Below are positions 1 to 15,100 of a DNA stretch of 64,000 nt, one piece after another. Source of the DNA: the human T2T-CHM13v2.0 reference genome, Homo sapiens; NCBI RefSeq assembly GCF_009914755.1, contig NC_060929.1; one strand, 5' to 3'. Under the pieces are notes generated by a model, which was not told the DNA's origin, searched no databases, and was given only the letters and a program-made list of their open reading frames with translations. Both the position numbers and the translations under genes were made by a program. The stretch's first letter is position 1, and each line of letters opens with the position of its first letter.

Positions 1-1061
1 CCCTATTGAGCTCAAGAATCAAAGTCAGATAACTTTGTCGATAAATCCCTTCCTTTCTACACCCTTGCTACTCACTGTCTCAAGACCCAAACTCACTGGG
101 ACAAGGCGCTGCCCCTCCTGATTCAAGCCTGGTGTCTGCCTCTCACTATGCAAATCAGGAGCCAGACAGCCGCGGAGAGGGCGGCGGTGAGTGCACAGAG
201 CACACGCATGCGTTTGGCTTGCCCCCACGCCGCCCCCATTATCTCTGTGGGTGTGAAGGTGAGAATTTTTCACTTTTCCAGTGAGTTACTGTACTGCTTT
301 GACTCTCACAAGCGTGTCGACTTGATGGATTTTTGTAAATATAGCCGTCAGCGGATGCCTCTTGTCCCCATCTCGGGAACCATAACCCAGATTCCCAAAG
401 GGGAGCTTGCCCACATGGATGGAAACTGAGGCCCTCAGAGAGGCCATCGGCCTTGATCCCTTGCTCCTATTCAAAGATCTCAACATTATTGCAGCCTTCC
501 TTGGGGCAGCCGGACATTCCCGTGTGGAGGAAGCGTCCACTCACGTGCCATGGGAACTTTGTAGATTTCACGGTGATGCAAACAGCTCCCCGTGAGGCCC
601 TCAGTGCCCAGGGCCCGTTGTTGGGTGCTTTTGAGGGTGGGAGGTGGAGGGGTTTCCATTTTGCTTGGGGGATCAGCATCACCCATTCTTTCTCCTTTTC
701 CTCTGGGCTGGTGCTCAGATGGTGAGAGCACTGTGCTGATGAGGTGGGCCCTGGGGTGGAACCCATGGCCCCCTCCGACTCCCAGGAGACCTGGCCAGCT
801 GCAGCGGCCCCCGTGGACCAGCAGAGGGACAAGAGAGGAGCTGACGTGGAGGAGCCGAGGCCCACTGGGGGCTCCTGGAGAGTCCGTCCGCCTGTGGACA
901 GCAGCTCAGGTGTTCAGCTGCTTCCAGAGAGGAAGCACCTCTTCCTAGACTGAGGCATCGTTTTGATTAAAAAAAAAAAAGTTGATTTTTTTCACCTTGG
1001 TGTAAATTTTTGTTTGTAACAATATGTTAGTTGTCACAGTTACCACTATTTGTTTTTCTTT

Positions 1062-1221
1062 CTTTCTTTTTTTTTTTTTTTTTTTACATTTTTGAAATTA
1101 TTTACAGAGATGGGCTCTCGCTACGTTGTCCAGGCTGGTCTCAGACTCCTGGCCTCAGTGGTCCTCCCACCTTGGCCTCCCAAAGTGCTGGGACTACAGG
1201 TGTGAGCCGTGGCACCTGGCC
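1062..1221 (-). mobile_element. Alu left-monomer fragment (FLAM/AluJ-like)
   Basis: Poly-T followed by reverse-complement Alu left arm (ccttggcctcccaaagtgctgggactacaggtgtgagcc). Confidence 0.85.
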
Positions 1222-1374
1222 TGTTTTTCTTTATTACTACAGATATTATCTGAAGCTTTAAATCCTCCTGGAGTGAAAGCTAGTTCATAACCACGCTGTT
1301 TGGAGCGAAGAAAACTACCTGGAATTCTTGTTCTCCAAAGATATGGAATTATCCCAGCAACAGCCATCCTTCGC

Positions 1375-2670
1375 TGCTCTGTCCTGAGGACCCTCAGGTG
1401 TGGCCCATCCAGCCCCTCAGTGTTTACCTCTGTCCTAAGGACTCTCAGGTGTGGGCGGTCCAGCCCCTTAGTGTTTCCCTCTGTTTTGGAGATCCTCAGG
1501 TATGGTCAATCCTATTAGTGTTTTCCTTTGTACTGGGGATGCTCAGGTGTGATCTATCCATCTTCTCAGTGTTTTACCTCTTTCCTGGAGACCCTCAGGT
1601 TCCATCCATCCATCCAATTGGTTTTTACCTCTGTCCTGGAGACCCTGAGGTGTGGTCTATCCATCCCATTAGTGTTTACCTCTGTCCTGGGGACCCTCAG
1701 TTGTGGTCAATCCATCCCATTAGTGTTTTTCCATTGTCCTCGAGACTCTCAGGTGTAGTCTATCCGTCCCATTAGTGTTTACATCTATCCTGGGAACGCT
1801 TAGGTGTGGTCTATCCATTTCTTTAGTGTTTACCTCTGCCTTGGGCCCCTCAGATGTGGTCGATCCCCAAAGTGTTTTATCTCTATTCTGGGGAATCTCA
1901 GTTGTGGTTCATCCATCCGCTTAGTGTTTACCTCTGTCCTGGGGACCCTGAGGTGTGGCCCATCCCCTTATTGTTTACCTTTGTCCTGGGGGCCCTCAGA
2001 TATGGCCCATCCATCCCCTGAGTGTTTTACCTCGGTCCTCGAGACCCTCAGGTGTGGTCTATTAATTTAGTGTTTACCGCACCCTGGGGACTCACAGGTT
2101 TGGTCTATCCCAATAGTTTTTTTATGTCGGCCCTGGGAACTCTCAGATGTGGCCCATCCATCCCGTCAGTGTTTCCCTCTGTCCTGGGGTCACTCAGGTG
2201 TGGTCCATCCACCCCCTCAGTGTTTCCCTCGGTCCTGAGGATGCTCAGGTGTGGCCCATCCAGCCCCTCAGTGTTTTCCTCGGTCCTGGGGATGCTCAAG
2301 TGTGGTCCATCCATCCCCTCAGTGTTTCCCTCGGTCCTGAGGATGCTCAGGTGTGGCCCATCCAGCCCCTCAGTGTTTTCCTCGGTCCTGGGGATGCTCA
2401 GGTGTGGTCCATCCAGCCCCTCAGTGTTTCCCTCGGTCCTGAGGATGCTCAGGTGTGGCCCATCCCTCCCCTCAGTGTTTTCCTCGGTCCTGGGGATGCT
2501 CAGTTGTGGCCCATCCATCCCCTCAGTGTTTTCCTCGGTCCTGAGGATGCTCAGGTGTGGCCCATCCATCCCCTCAGTGTTTTCCTCGGTCCTGAGGATG
2601 CTCAGGTGTGGCCCATCCATCCCCTCAGTGTTTTCCTCTGTCCTGGGGATGCCCATCCCCTTAGTGTTTT
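1375..2670. repeat. 51-bp minisatellite, ~25 copies; diverged on the left, near-identical at 2150-2660
   Basis: Unit gtgtggcccatccagcccctcagtgtttccctcggtcctgaggatgctcag; gives a 17-aa periodicity in the ORF track. Confidence 0.95.
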
Positions 2671-2980
2671 ACCTCCAACTTTCTCTATTTTTTGTTTCCA
2701 GTCTTCCCACACAGGTTGAGAGAGGAGGGGATCCAATTGCCTGTGAGGAGGACACGGCTCCTGGGTGGACCCTGCAGATTGTGAAGTTCAAGTCACAGCT
2801 CCTGGGAAGGTCTCTGTGTGTAAAGATCATGGGGGTGAGACAGATTCAGGGACCACACTCTGCTCTGCTCTGTACCTCTGAGTGTCGATCCAGCTGCCTT
2901 GTGACCAGGACACTTAGAAGAAGCATGGACCCTGCAAGAGGGTAGGTTCGGAGAGTGAGATGAGCACGCTTGAGGGATTA

Positions 2981-3397
<417 letters not shown>

Positions 3398-3869
3398 ATT
3401 TTTTTTTTTGATCAATGTTGACACACGTACGCACCCGCAAAACCATGACCAGGAGCATCATGACTCCCAAAGCTTCCTTGTGATTCTTTGGAATCCCTCC
3501 CTACTGCCCCTCCCACCCCATCCCCCCCATCCCAAGCAGCCACTGATTTGCTTTCTGTCACAGTCAGTAGATTTGTAATTTCCTTAATACCATGTCTGAG
3601 CCCAGGAGGCAAATACTTTCTTTTTATTGGGTAGACCTTTCGTGGCATGTTCAAGCTTTTGAATTCAGAGAGTGAGAGAATGAGAAAGAAAAGGCTGGTC
3701 TGGGTCACTCCTGGGAGGCCTGGCCCTAAGCACAGTGTGGCTCATGTGCCCTGGAGCCCCTGTGCACTGGACAGCCTTGACTGCCCTGCCGCAAGCTTTA
3801 TAGCTCCCCCATCACCTTTCCCGGACCAGCTGGTACAATCTCAAACTTTTCACCAATTCTGACATCTAA

Positions 3870-4283
<414 letters not shown>

Positions 4284-4874
4284 CAGGTGCGTCCTTCTTT
4301 CTCCCTTTCCAGGGAGAATGCTCTGCTCTTCTTCCTGCTGGATCCCTCCTCTACCTGCTTCTCTCCCACCTCCTGCAGCCCCCGGAACCCCATGGCGATG
4401 CAGGCAGACTCATCTGTACCCTCATTCTGTTTGCAGAACCACATCTCTGGGCTGGCTCTGCCCAAGGACACCACACCTTCTCCATTCCTCTTGCCCTTTC
4501 CCCGTGGGGTGCAGGTGGGGCTGGGCCCATGATGGCATCAGGCCCACTCTCTCTCATGCAGGAAGGGATCAGATGCCGGGAGCCATGGAGATTGTCCTCA
4601 TCCCGATCATCTCCCAGCTTAGCAAATGATGATGAAGACAGTTTTCCCACAAGATAGGCATAGCCTCTGGGACAGTGCCTCGTTTATTTTCTAGCACAAA
4701 ATAGACGTTAGAACAGTGGGGCTTTGTGGGCATATGGAGATTTGTAAAGCTCCTTAAGAGGCAGGTAAAAATTTCTTCAATAAGACAAAACACTATCCCC
4801 AAAGAAAATGATTGATACATTGGATGATAGTAAAATTAAGAATTTTTTCATCAATAAGAGAGTAAAAAGATGGG

Positions 4875-5196
<322 letters not shown>

Positions 5197-5359
5197 TCAC
5201 ATGTAGAGTATAAAGAGAATTCCTGTAAGTTAATAAAAATGCATGCGGGGCTTAATACCTAGGTGATGGGTTGATAAGTGCAGCAAACCACCATGGCACA
5301 TGTTTACCTATGTAACAAACCTGCACGTTCTGTACATGTATCCCAGAACTTAAAGTAAA

Positions 5360-5652
5360 ATTTTTTTTTTTTTGAGACGGAGTCTCGCTCTGTCGCCCAG
5401 GTGGATTGCAGTGGCGTGATCTCAGCTCATTGGAAGCTCTGCCTCCTGGGTTCACGCCATTCTCCTGCCTCAGCCTCCTGAGTAGCTGGGACTACAGGCA
5501 CATGCCACCATGCCCAGCTAATTTTTGTATTTTTAGTAGAGACGGGGTTTCACCGTGTTAGCCAGGATGGTCTCGATCTCCTGACCTCGTGATCCACCTG
5601 CCTCGGCCTCCCAAAGTGCTGGGATTACAGGCATGAGCCACCGCGCCTGGCC
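5360..5652 (-). mobile_element. AluY/Sc-like inserted in L1 tail
   Basis: Antisense Alu flanked by the duplicated target taaagtaaaat. Confidence 0.92.
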
Positions 5653-6538
5653 TAAAGTAAAATAAATTTTTTAAAAAATTAAGAAAAAAGCTGGCAGACC
5701 AATAGGACAATGGGTGAAAGAAATGAAGAGGGACACAAAAGGGAAAGAAGAAAGGGAGGGAGGAGGGGGGAGGGAGGGAAGGAGGGAGAGGAAAGAGCAA
5801 ATGAACATCCAAATGGCCAAAAAGCATTTAAAACATGCTCAGCCTCATAAGCCATCAAGTTTAAACCACAGTGAGAAATCAATATTACACCTACCAGAAT
5901 GGCTAAAATTAAAAACACTGTTGATACCAAGTTTGGGCAAGAATGTGGAGTAACTGAAACTTCATATACTATTGGGAATGTAAAATAGCACAACTACTTT
6001 GGAAAACCCCTGGGTAATACCTACTAAAGGAGACCACACCTGTGATCCCCACATTCCACTCCTGTGCATAGACCCAAAAGAACTGTGCACTGTGCACGTG
6101 TTCACCAAATGACGTGCGACGTGCACTAGAATGTTTATACCAGCACCCTTCACAATAGCCCCAACTTCCAACAGGAGAATGGATAAGTACCTCTCAGTAT
6201 ATTTATAGAGTAAAGTTCTTACAGCACTGAAAATGGATTAACAGCCGCCATGCACAGTTGGTGAATCTCAGCAACATAATGTTGAGCAGAAGCAGCCAGA
6301 CACAAATGAATGCGTACGGCACGATTGTGTTTCTGCGAAGCCCTAAAACAGGCCAAAGAAACATCTGGTGAGAAGTCAGGATAGCGATGATCTTAGTGCT
6401 CTGGGGGAGGGTGGCTCTGGTATTATTCTATTTCTTGATCTGAGGGCTGGTGTCCCAGACGTATTCACTCTATGATAATTTACCAAGCTGCCCTCTGGGG
6501 ACTGGTGGCTTCTCTGTATGAATATTACACTTCAATTA

Positions 6539-7080
<542 letters not shown>

Positions 7081-7513
7081 CTAGAAAACAGTAAGGCAGT
7101 TCCTCGGAAATTATACCTAGGGACGCTCCAGCAATTCCACTTCTGGGTTTATATCCCCCAAAAATTGAAAGCAAGGAAATAAAGAGACACTCACCCATCC
7201 CTGTTGATAGCCGTGTTATTCAAAATAGATAAAAGGTGGGAGCAACTCATATCCATTGACAGACGAAGGGATCAATAACATGCGGTATGTACATACAATG
7301 GAATATTATTCAACCTTACAAAAAAAGGGTATTTGGACCTAGGCCTCAACATAAATGAATCTTGAGGACTATGCTGAATGACATAAGGCAGACACAAAAG
7401 GACAAATATTGTGTATTTCCACTCACATGAAGTACCTAGTATATTTCATAGAGACACAAAGTAGAATGTGTCTATGAAGTATACAGGGGCATGCTTGAAG
7501 TATACTAGGTCTA

Positions 7514-8143
<630 letters not shown>

Positions 8144-8758
8144 TCAGGACCTCCTCACCAGAGCTATACTTTGAGTGCACAGTAGCCATATGTCTATACT
8201 GCAGAAAACATTTCCATCCTCCCAGAACCTTCTCTCATGCAGCTTCTGTGAGCCTCGCATCAGTTGTGTTCACTGAACTCATCTAACTCAAAGCACATGC
8301 ATCAAAGCTGGAATTTCAGGGTTATCGGTTTGCAGGTGAGAGCCGTAATGGTCCAGTGGAAGTGTACAGCTGGAAGGGAATGTCGTCAGCTCCTCCTCCT
8401 CACCTGAAGGCTCTCGACTATGAGCCGTGCCTTGTTGACAGCCTCTGAGTCCACAGAGCACAGGGAGAATCTGAGGACACAGGACAAGGCAGGGGACCTT
8501 GTGTCCTCCACGTGGTTGCACGTAGAGTAGAAGAGCTGGGTGAGTAACTCTCTGGAATCACCTTTCTGCTGATGTTTGTGTCTCTACAGATGGGCTCAAG
8601 GACAGCTTGCCTGACTGCAGCCATAAGGGTGAAGCCTCTTCAGGTAGAGAAGGACTCCAGGTGGGGCCTGTGCAGAGGGTTCTTACGGGCGCAGTAGGAT
8701 TGGGGCTATAAAATCAGTAAATGGAAAAGGAGCCAGGTGCAGAAGTCTGATTTATTCC

Positions 8759-9061
8759 TTTTTTTTTTCTTTTTCTTTTTGGAGACAGGGTCTTACTCTG
8801 TCACCCAGGCTAGAGTGCAGTCAGTGTGCCACTGTGGCTCAACCTCCGTCTCCTGGGCTCAATCAATCGTTCCACCTCAGCCTCCAGAAAGTAGCTGAGA
8901 ATACAGGTGCATGCCACCATGCTTGGCTAAGTTTTGTACTTTTTGTAGAGACAGGGTTTCGCCATGTTGCCCAGGCTAGTCTTGAAATCCTGGACTCGAG
9001 ATCTGTTCACCTCGGCCTCCCAAAGTGCTGGGATTATAGGCAAGAGCCACCGAGCCCGGCC
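8759..9061 (-). mobile_element. AluJ-like
   Basis: Diverged antisense Alu. Confidence 0.9.
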
Positions 9062-10770
9062 TCCTTTTGTATTTTAATTAAGACAGAGTCCTAAGAGGTT
9101 GTGTTTGCATGGATGTTGTGTGTGCTCTGCTTGTCATATTCATTTCTTGCTCTGGTGTTTAAAGATGACCTTTTGCAGAAAACCAGATCTTTCCTGCCTG
9201 TGCCACAGAAAGCACTAAATCCTTGGGTTTTGATGGGATGGCATCCTTTGTGAATGGAGAACACGGGATTAGTATGTGGGTGTGGCGTTTGGTGCTATGC
9301 GGGGAGTGATGTGGGACACAGCCCCTCACAGCCCCTAAGTCTCCCTGGAGACAAAGTCTCCCACGTGTGTGCCAGGAGGTGGGAGGAGTCCACCCTCTCC
9401 CTCTGCACCCTTGGGACCTGCAGCAGCACCTTCCTGTCCCGTCCTCACCATCGGCTCCGGGTTGAAAGGCACCCACAGGGTTGGATGATGCAGAGAATCC
9501 TTCCTCTGGGATGAATATGTATGCCCCCGCTGTGGAGGCACGAGGGGAAGCCCACGCTTCACCCGCCGTGGGGTCGCGAGGGGAAGCCCACGCTTCAGCA
9601 TGTTTCTGGCCACTCCTCACCCAATCCCAAATCCTTGGGTTAGGAATGAAGCCTTAATTGGGTTTCATTTGAGAAGTCAGCGTCCAGCTGTCACCGAGGC
9701 CCTCCGTGGCTGGCAGGAATCCTAGGGGACATGCGTGGAGGGGCTGCTGTGTTGCTGCAGGCACTGGCTCTCACCCTCCCCGTGACCTGGCTCCAGGAAT
9801 CCACCACGCCCAGGACGGGGCCACTGGGCAGCCGGCACAGGGCTCAATTTTTTGTCACGCCCTTTGCTCTGGCCTGGCAGCCTTGTCCTGTTCCCCACGC
9901 TGCCATCAGGCCCAGCGTGTTCCCTGGGTCAGGCCGGCCAGGTGCCCTTCCGCCCAGTCCTCCCACAGCTCAGGCAAACCCTGGCAGGGCCCCTTCGTTC
10001 ATATGCTAACAACCACGGCTTCACCTGCGGATTAAGGCAATGGGAAAATCCCGTTCTGTCCTTGCCAATCATTGAGATGCTAGTGGGATTCTTGTTAGGC
10101 TTGAATAGTTTACATTTCCAGGGTCATCCCAGGCTTTGGTCATCATCATCTCTCACAGATCCCAACACAACCCAGGCCTGTGGCCATGTCCCTGACCTAG
10201 GGTGGGATCCATGGATTTACTGGAAGGACTGGCAGTGCCCTTCTTTCCAATGTTGTTCTATTGGAGACCAGTAGCATTGGTGGAGGTTGACATGGAGAAA
10301 GGAAACGGGCATCAATCAGGAGAACAAAATCAGGCCCTAACGGTTAGAGCAGAGAGGGAAGTCTGTGCCAGGCACAGAGCATCATGGAGACAGTGGCCGC
10401 CTCCTGGGGAAAGGGGATGACACGGGCCTCCCCTCCCTGGGGAATTTGAGGGTTATGGAATTTGAAGGCTGGGAAAGCATGTGGGAAATCAGAGGCCCCT
10501 CCCTCGCTGTAGGGAGGAAGTGATCCAGGCTGTGGAAAGGACTCTAGAGATGAGCACACTAGAGCCTCTGGGGTTGGCGTCACAGCCCCAGGACAGCGGG
10601 GCCCAAATGGCCCCTCGACTCTAACTCTCCCCTTTCCTTCCCATGGCTGCCCCATCACCGCTGCTGCTCCGGACACCCTGAAGGTCATTTGGCCAATTTA
10701 ATGCCGACAGAAGAGGCCACCATCTGAATGTAATTTATCTCCTCTTTCATCTCCTTTCATTCCCCTCCTC

Positions 10771-10966
10771 CTTTTTTTTTTTTTTTTGGGACAGAGTCTC
10801 ACTCTGTTGCCCAGGCTGGAGTGCAGTGGCGTGATCTTGGCTCACTGCAAGCTCTGCCTCCCAGGTTCACGCCATTCTCCTGCCTCAGCCTCCTGAGTAG
10901 CTGGGACTACAGGCACCCGCCACCACGCCCAGCTAATTTTTTGTGTTTTTAGTAGAGACGAGGTTT
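10771..10966 (-). mobile_element. 5'-truncated AluY-like
   Basis: Antisense right arm and linker only. Confidence 0.9.
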
Positions 10967-11208
10967 AGCGTGTCTATGTGACACCCCAGGATTTTAGCAG
11001 ATACACAAGTGAAAAACCATGTTGCTAAAAAGTATTTCCCATCTTCCAATTTTCTTATCATCATCTTGGAAATAAAATCTGTACGTACTTGGGAATAAAA
11101 TTTATTGAATTATCAAAAATATGTATGCTAATGTATGTGAGTCATTAGCTATATCCACATTGACATAAAATTTGTGAAGACTCTTCAAAATCTCTTAAAG
11201 ATTTATTT

Positions 11209-11618
<410 letters not shown>

Positions 11619-12119
11619 TCAGTGGGATTTAGCGTCAGTGATGAGGTGCGCCACTCACTGTGTGACTTCAGAGTGTTTCTGGGGAAAGAAAATGAAGTCC
11701 TGTGAAGTATGCGGAGCACCCTCAGCAGCAGCCGTGGATCTGAACAGCCTCCCAGACACAGACGCCATGGGTGTGAAGTGTGTCAGGAACAAGCGAAGTC
11801 ACCCACAATGGAGAGGAACACCCTAGTGTGCTAGAACTTTTGAACCACTTTTCCTCCTGTCTTGGGTCAGGCCTCATAGCTAACCCTTTGGTGCGCGGTA
11901 CTCTCTCTGGCTATTGGAGAGATGTGAGAAGCTTAAGAAAAGCAAATGAGAAGACGTGGAGCAGGCAGATGGCCGGTCCCCATGGAAGAGTCCCCATTGT
12001 GAGGCCTCCCTGGGGATCTGGCGGTGGCCACAACACACTGGCCGGTGAGATTGGTTGTGATTGTCATTGTTGTGGAAAATGATTATCATCTGTCCTCAAT
12101 GGTGCCAATGCTGACTCAC

Positions 12120-15100
12120 CTGGAGGTGGAATGATGGCCATGGTGACACTGAGGAGGGAGCGTGGCAGAGGGAATGATGGCCGTGGTGACACTGAGGAGG
12201 GAGCGTGGCAGAGGGAATGATGGCCGTGGTGACACTGAGGAGGGAGCGTGGCAGAGGGAACGATGGCCATGGCTGACATTGAGGAAGGAGCTGGCAGAGG
12301 GAATGATGGCCGTGGTGACACTGAAGAGGGAGCGTGGCAGAGGGAATGATGGCCATGGTGACACTGAGGAGGGAGCGTGGCAGAGGGAATGATGGCCGTG
12401 GTGATATTGAGGAGGGAGCGTGGCAGAGGGAACGATGGCCATGGTGACACTGAGGAGGGAGCGTGGCAGAGGGAACGATGGCCATGGTGACACTGAGGAG
12501 GGAGCGTGGCAGAGGGAACGATGGCCATGGTGACACTGAGGAGGGAGCGTGGCAGAGGGAACGATGGCCATGGTGACACTGAGGAGGGAGCGTGGCAGAG
12601 GGAACGATGGCCATGGTGACACTGAGGAGGGAGCGTGGCAGAGGGAACGATGGCCATGGTGACACTGAGGAGGGAGCGTGGCAGAGGGAACGATGGCCAT
12701 GGTGACACTGAGGAGGGAGCGTGGCAGAGGGAACGATGGCCATGGTGACACTGAGGAGGGAGCGTGGCAGAGGGAACGATGGCCATGGTGACACTGAGGA
12801 GGGAGCGTGGCAGAGGGAACGATGGCCATGGTGACACTGAGGAGGGAGCGTGGCAGAGGGAACGATGGCCATGGTGACACTGAGGAGGGAGCGTGGCAGA
12901 GGGAACGATGGCCATGGTGACACTGAGGAGGGAGCGTGGCAGAGGGAACGATGGCCATGGCTGACATTGAGGAGGGAGCTGGCAGAGGGAACGATGGCCA
13001 TGGCTGACATTGAGGAGGGAGCGTGGCAGAGGGAACGATGGCCATGGTGACACTGAGGAGGGAGCGTGGCAGAGGGAACGATGGCCATGGTGACACTGAG
13101 GAGGGAGCGTGGCAGAGGGAACGATGGCCATGGTGACACTGAGGAGGGAGCGTGGCAGAGGGAACGATGGCCATGGTGACACTGAGGAGGGAGCGTGGCA
13201 GAGGGAACGATGGCCATGGTGACACTGAGGAGGGAGCGTGGCAGAGGGAACGATGGCCATGGTGACACTGAGGAGGGAGCGTGGCAGAGGGAACGATGGC
13301 CATGGTGACACTGAGGAGGGAGCGTGGCAGAGGGAACGATGGCCATGGCTGACATTGAGGAGGGAGCTGGCAGAGGGAACGATGGCCGTGGTGACACTGA
13401 AGAGGGAGCGTGGCAGAGGGAACGATGGCCATGGCTGACATTGAGGAGGGAGCTGGCAGAGGGAACGATGGCCGTGGTGACACTGAGGAGGGAGCGTGGC
13501 AGAGGGAACGATGGCCGTGGTGACACTGAGGAGGGAGCGTGGCAGAGGGAACGATGGCCGTGGTGACACTGAGGAGGGAGCGTGGCAGAGGGAACGATGG
13601 CCGTGGTGACACTGAGGAGGGAGCGTGGCAGAGGGAACGATGGCCGTGGTGACACTGAGGAGGGAGCGTGGCAGAGGGAACGATGGCCGTGGTGACACTG
13701 AGGAGGGAGCGTGGCAGAGGGAACGATGGCCGTGGTGACACTGAGGAGGGAGCGTGGCAGAGGGAACGATGGCCGTGGTGACACTGAGGAGGGAGCGTGG
13801 CAGAGGGAACGATGGCCGTGGTGACACTGAGGAGGGAGCGTGGCAGAGGGAACGATGGCCGTGGTGACACTGAGGAGGGAGCGTGGCAGAGGGAACGATG
13901 GCCGTGGTGACACTGAGGAGGGAGCGTGGCAGAGGGAACGATGGCCGTGGTGACACTGAGGAGGGAGCGTGGCAGAGGGAACGATGGCCATGGCTGACAT
14001 TGAGGAGGGAACTGGCAGAGGGAACGATGGCCATGGCTGACACTGAGAAGGGAGCGTGGCAGAGGGAACGATGGCCATGGTGACACTGAGGAGGGAGCGT
14101 GGCAGAGGGAACGATGGCCATGGTGACACTGAGGAGGGAGCGTGGCAGAGGGAACGATGGCCATGGTGACACTGAGGAGGGAGCGTGGCAGAGGGAACGA
14201 TGGCCATGGTGACACTGAGGAGGGAGCGTGGCAGAGGGAACGATGGCCATGGTGACACTGAGGAGGGAGCGTGGCAGAGGGAATGATGGCCATGGCTGAC
14301 ATTGAGGAGGGAACTGGCAGAGGGAACGATGGCCATGGCTGACATTGAGGAGGGAGCGTGGCAGAAGGAACGATGGCCATGGTGACACTGAGGAGGGAGC
14401 GTGGCAGAGGGAACGATGGCCATGGTGACACTGAGGAGGGAGCGTGGCAGAGGGAACGATGGCCATGGTGACACTGAGGAGGGAGCGTGGCAGAGGGAAC
14501 GATGGCCATGGTGACACTGAGGAGGGAGCGTGGCAGAGGGAACGATGGCCATGGCTGACATTGAGGAGGGAGCTGGCAGAGGGAACGATGGCCGTGGTGA
14601 CACTGAAGAGGGAGCGTGGCAGAGGGAACGATGGCCATGGCTGACATTGAGGAGGGAGCTGGCAGAGGGAACGATGGCCGTGGTGACACTGAGGAGGGAG
14701 CGTGGCAGAGGGAACGATGGCCGTGGTGACACTGAGGAGGGAGCGTGGCAGAGGGAACGATGGCCGTGGTGACACTGAGGAGGGAGCGTGGCAGAGGGAA
14801 CGATGGCCGTGGTGACACTGAGGAGGGAGCGTGGCAGAGGGAACGATGGCCGTGGTGACACTGAGGAGGGAGCGTGGCAGAGGGAACGATGGCCGTGGTG
14901 ACACTGAGGAGGGAGCGTGGCAGAGGGAACGATGGCCGTGGTGACACTGAGGAGGGAGCGTGGCAGAGGGAACGATGGCCGTGGTGACACTGAGGAGGGA
15001 GCGTGGCAGAGGGAACGATGGCCGTGGTGACACTGAGGAGGGAGTGTGGCAGAGGGAACGATGGCCATGGCTGACATTGAGGAGGGAGCTGGCAGAGGGA

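Noticed and set aside
2022-2945. 307-aa ORF with 17-aa repeats
   Set aside because: Non-ATG start; product of the 51-bp minisatellite; no recognisable domain.
8540-8643. Plus-strand donor at 8540 and mini-exon 8590-8643
   Set aside because: The implied intron is only 50 nt and the second donor is weak.
9526-9597. 36-bp tandem duplication (2 copies)
   Set aside because: Real but ordinary slippage duplication with no further signal.
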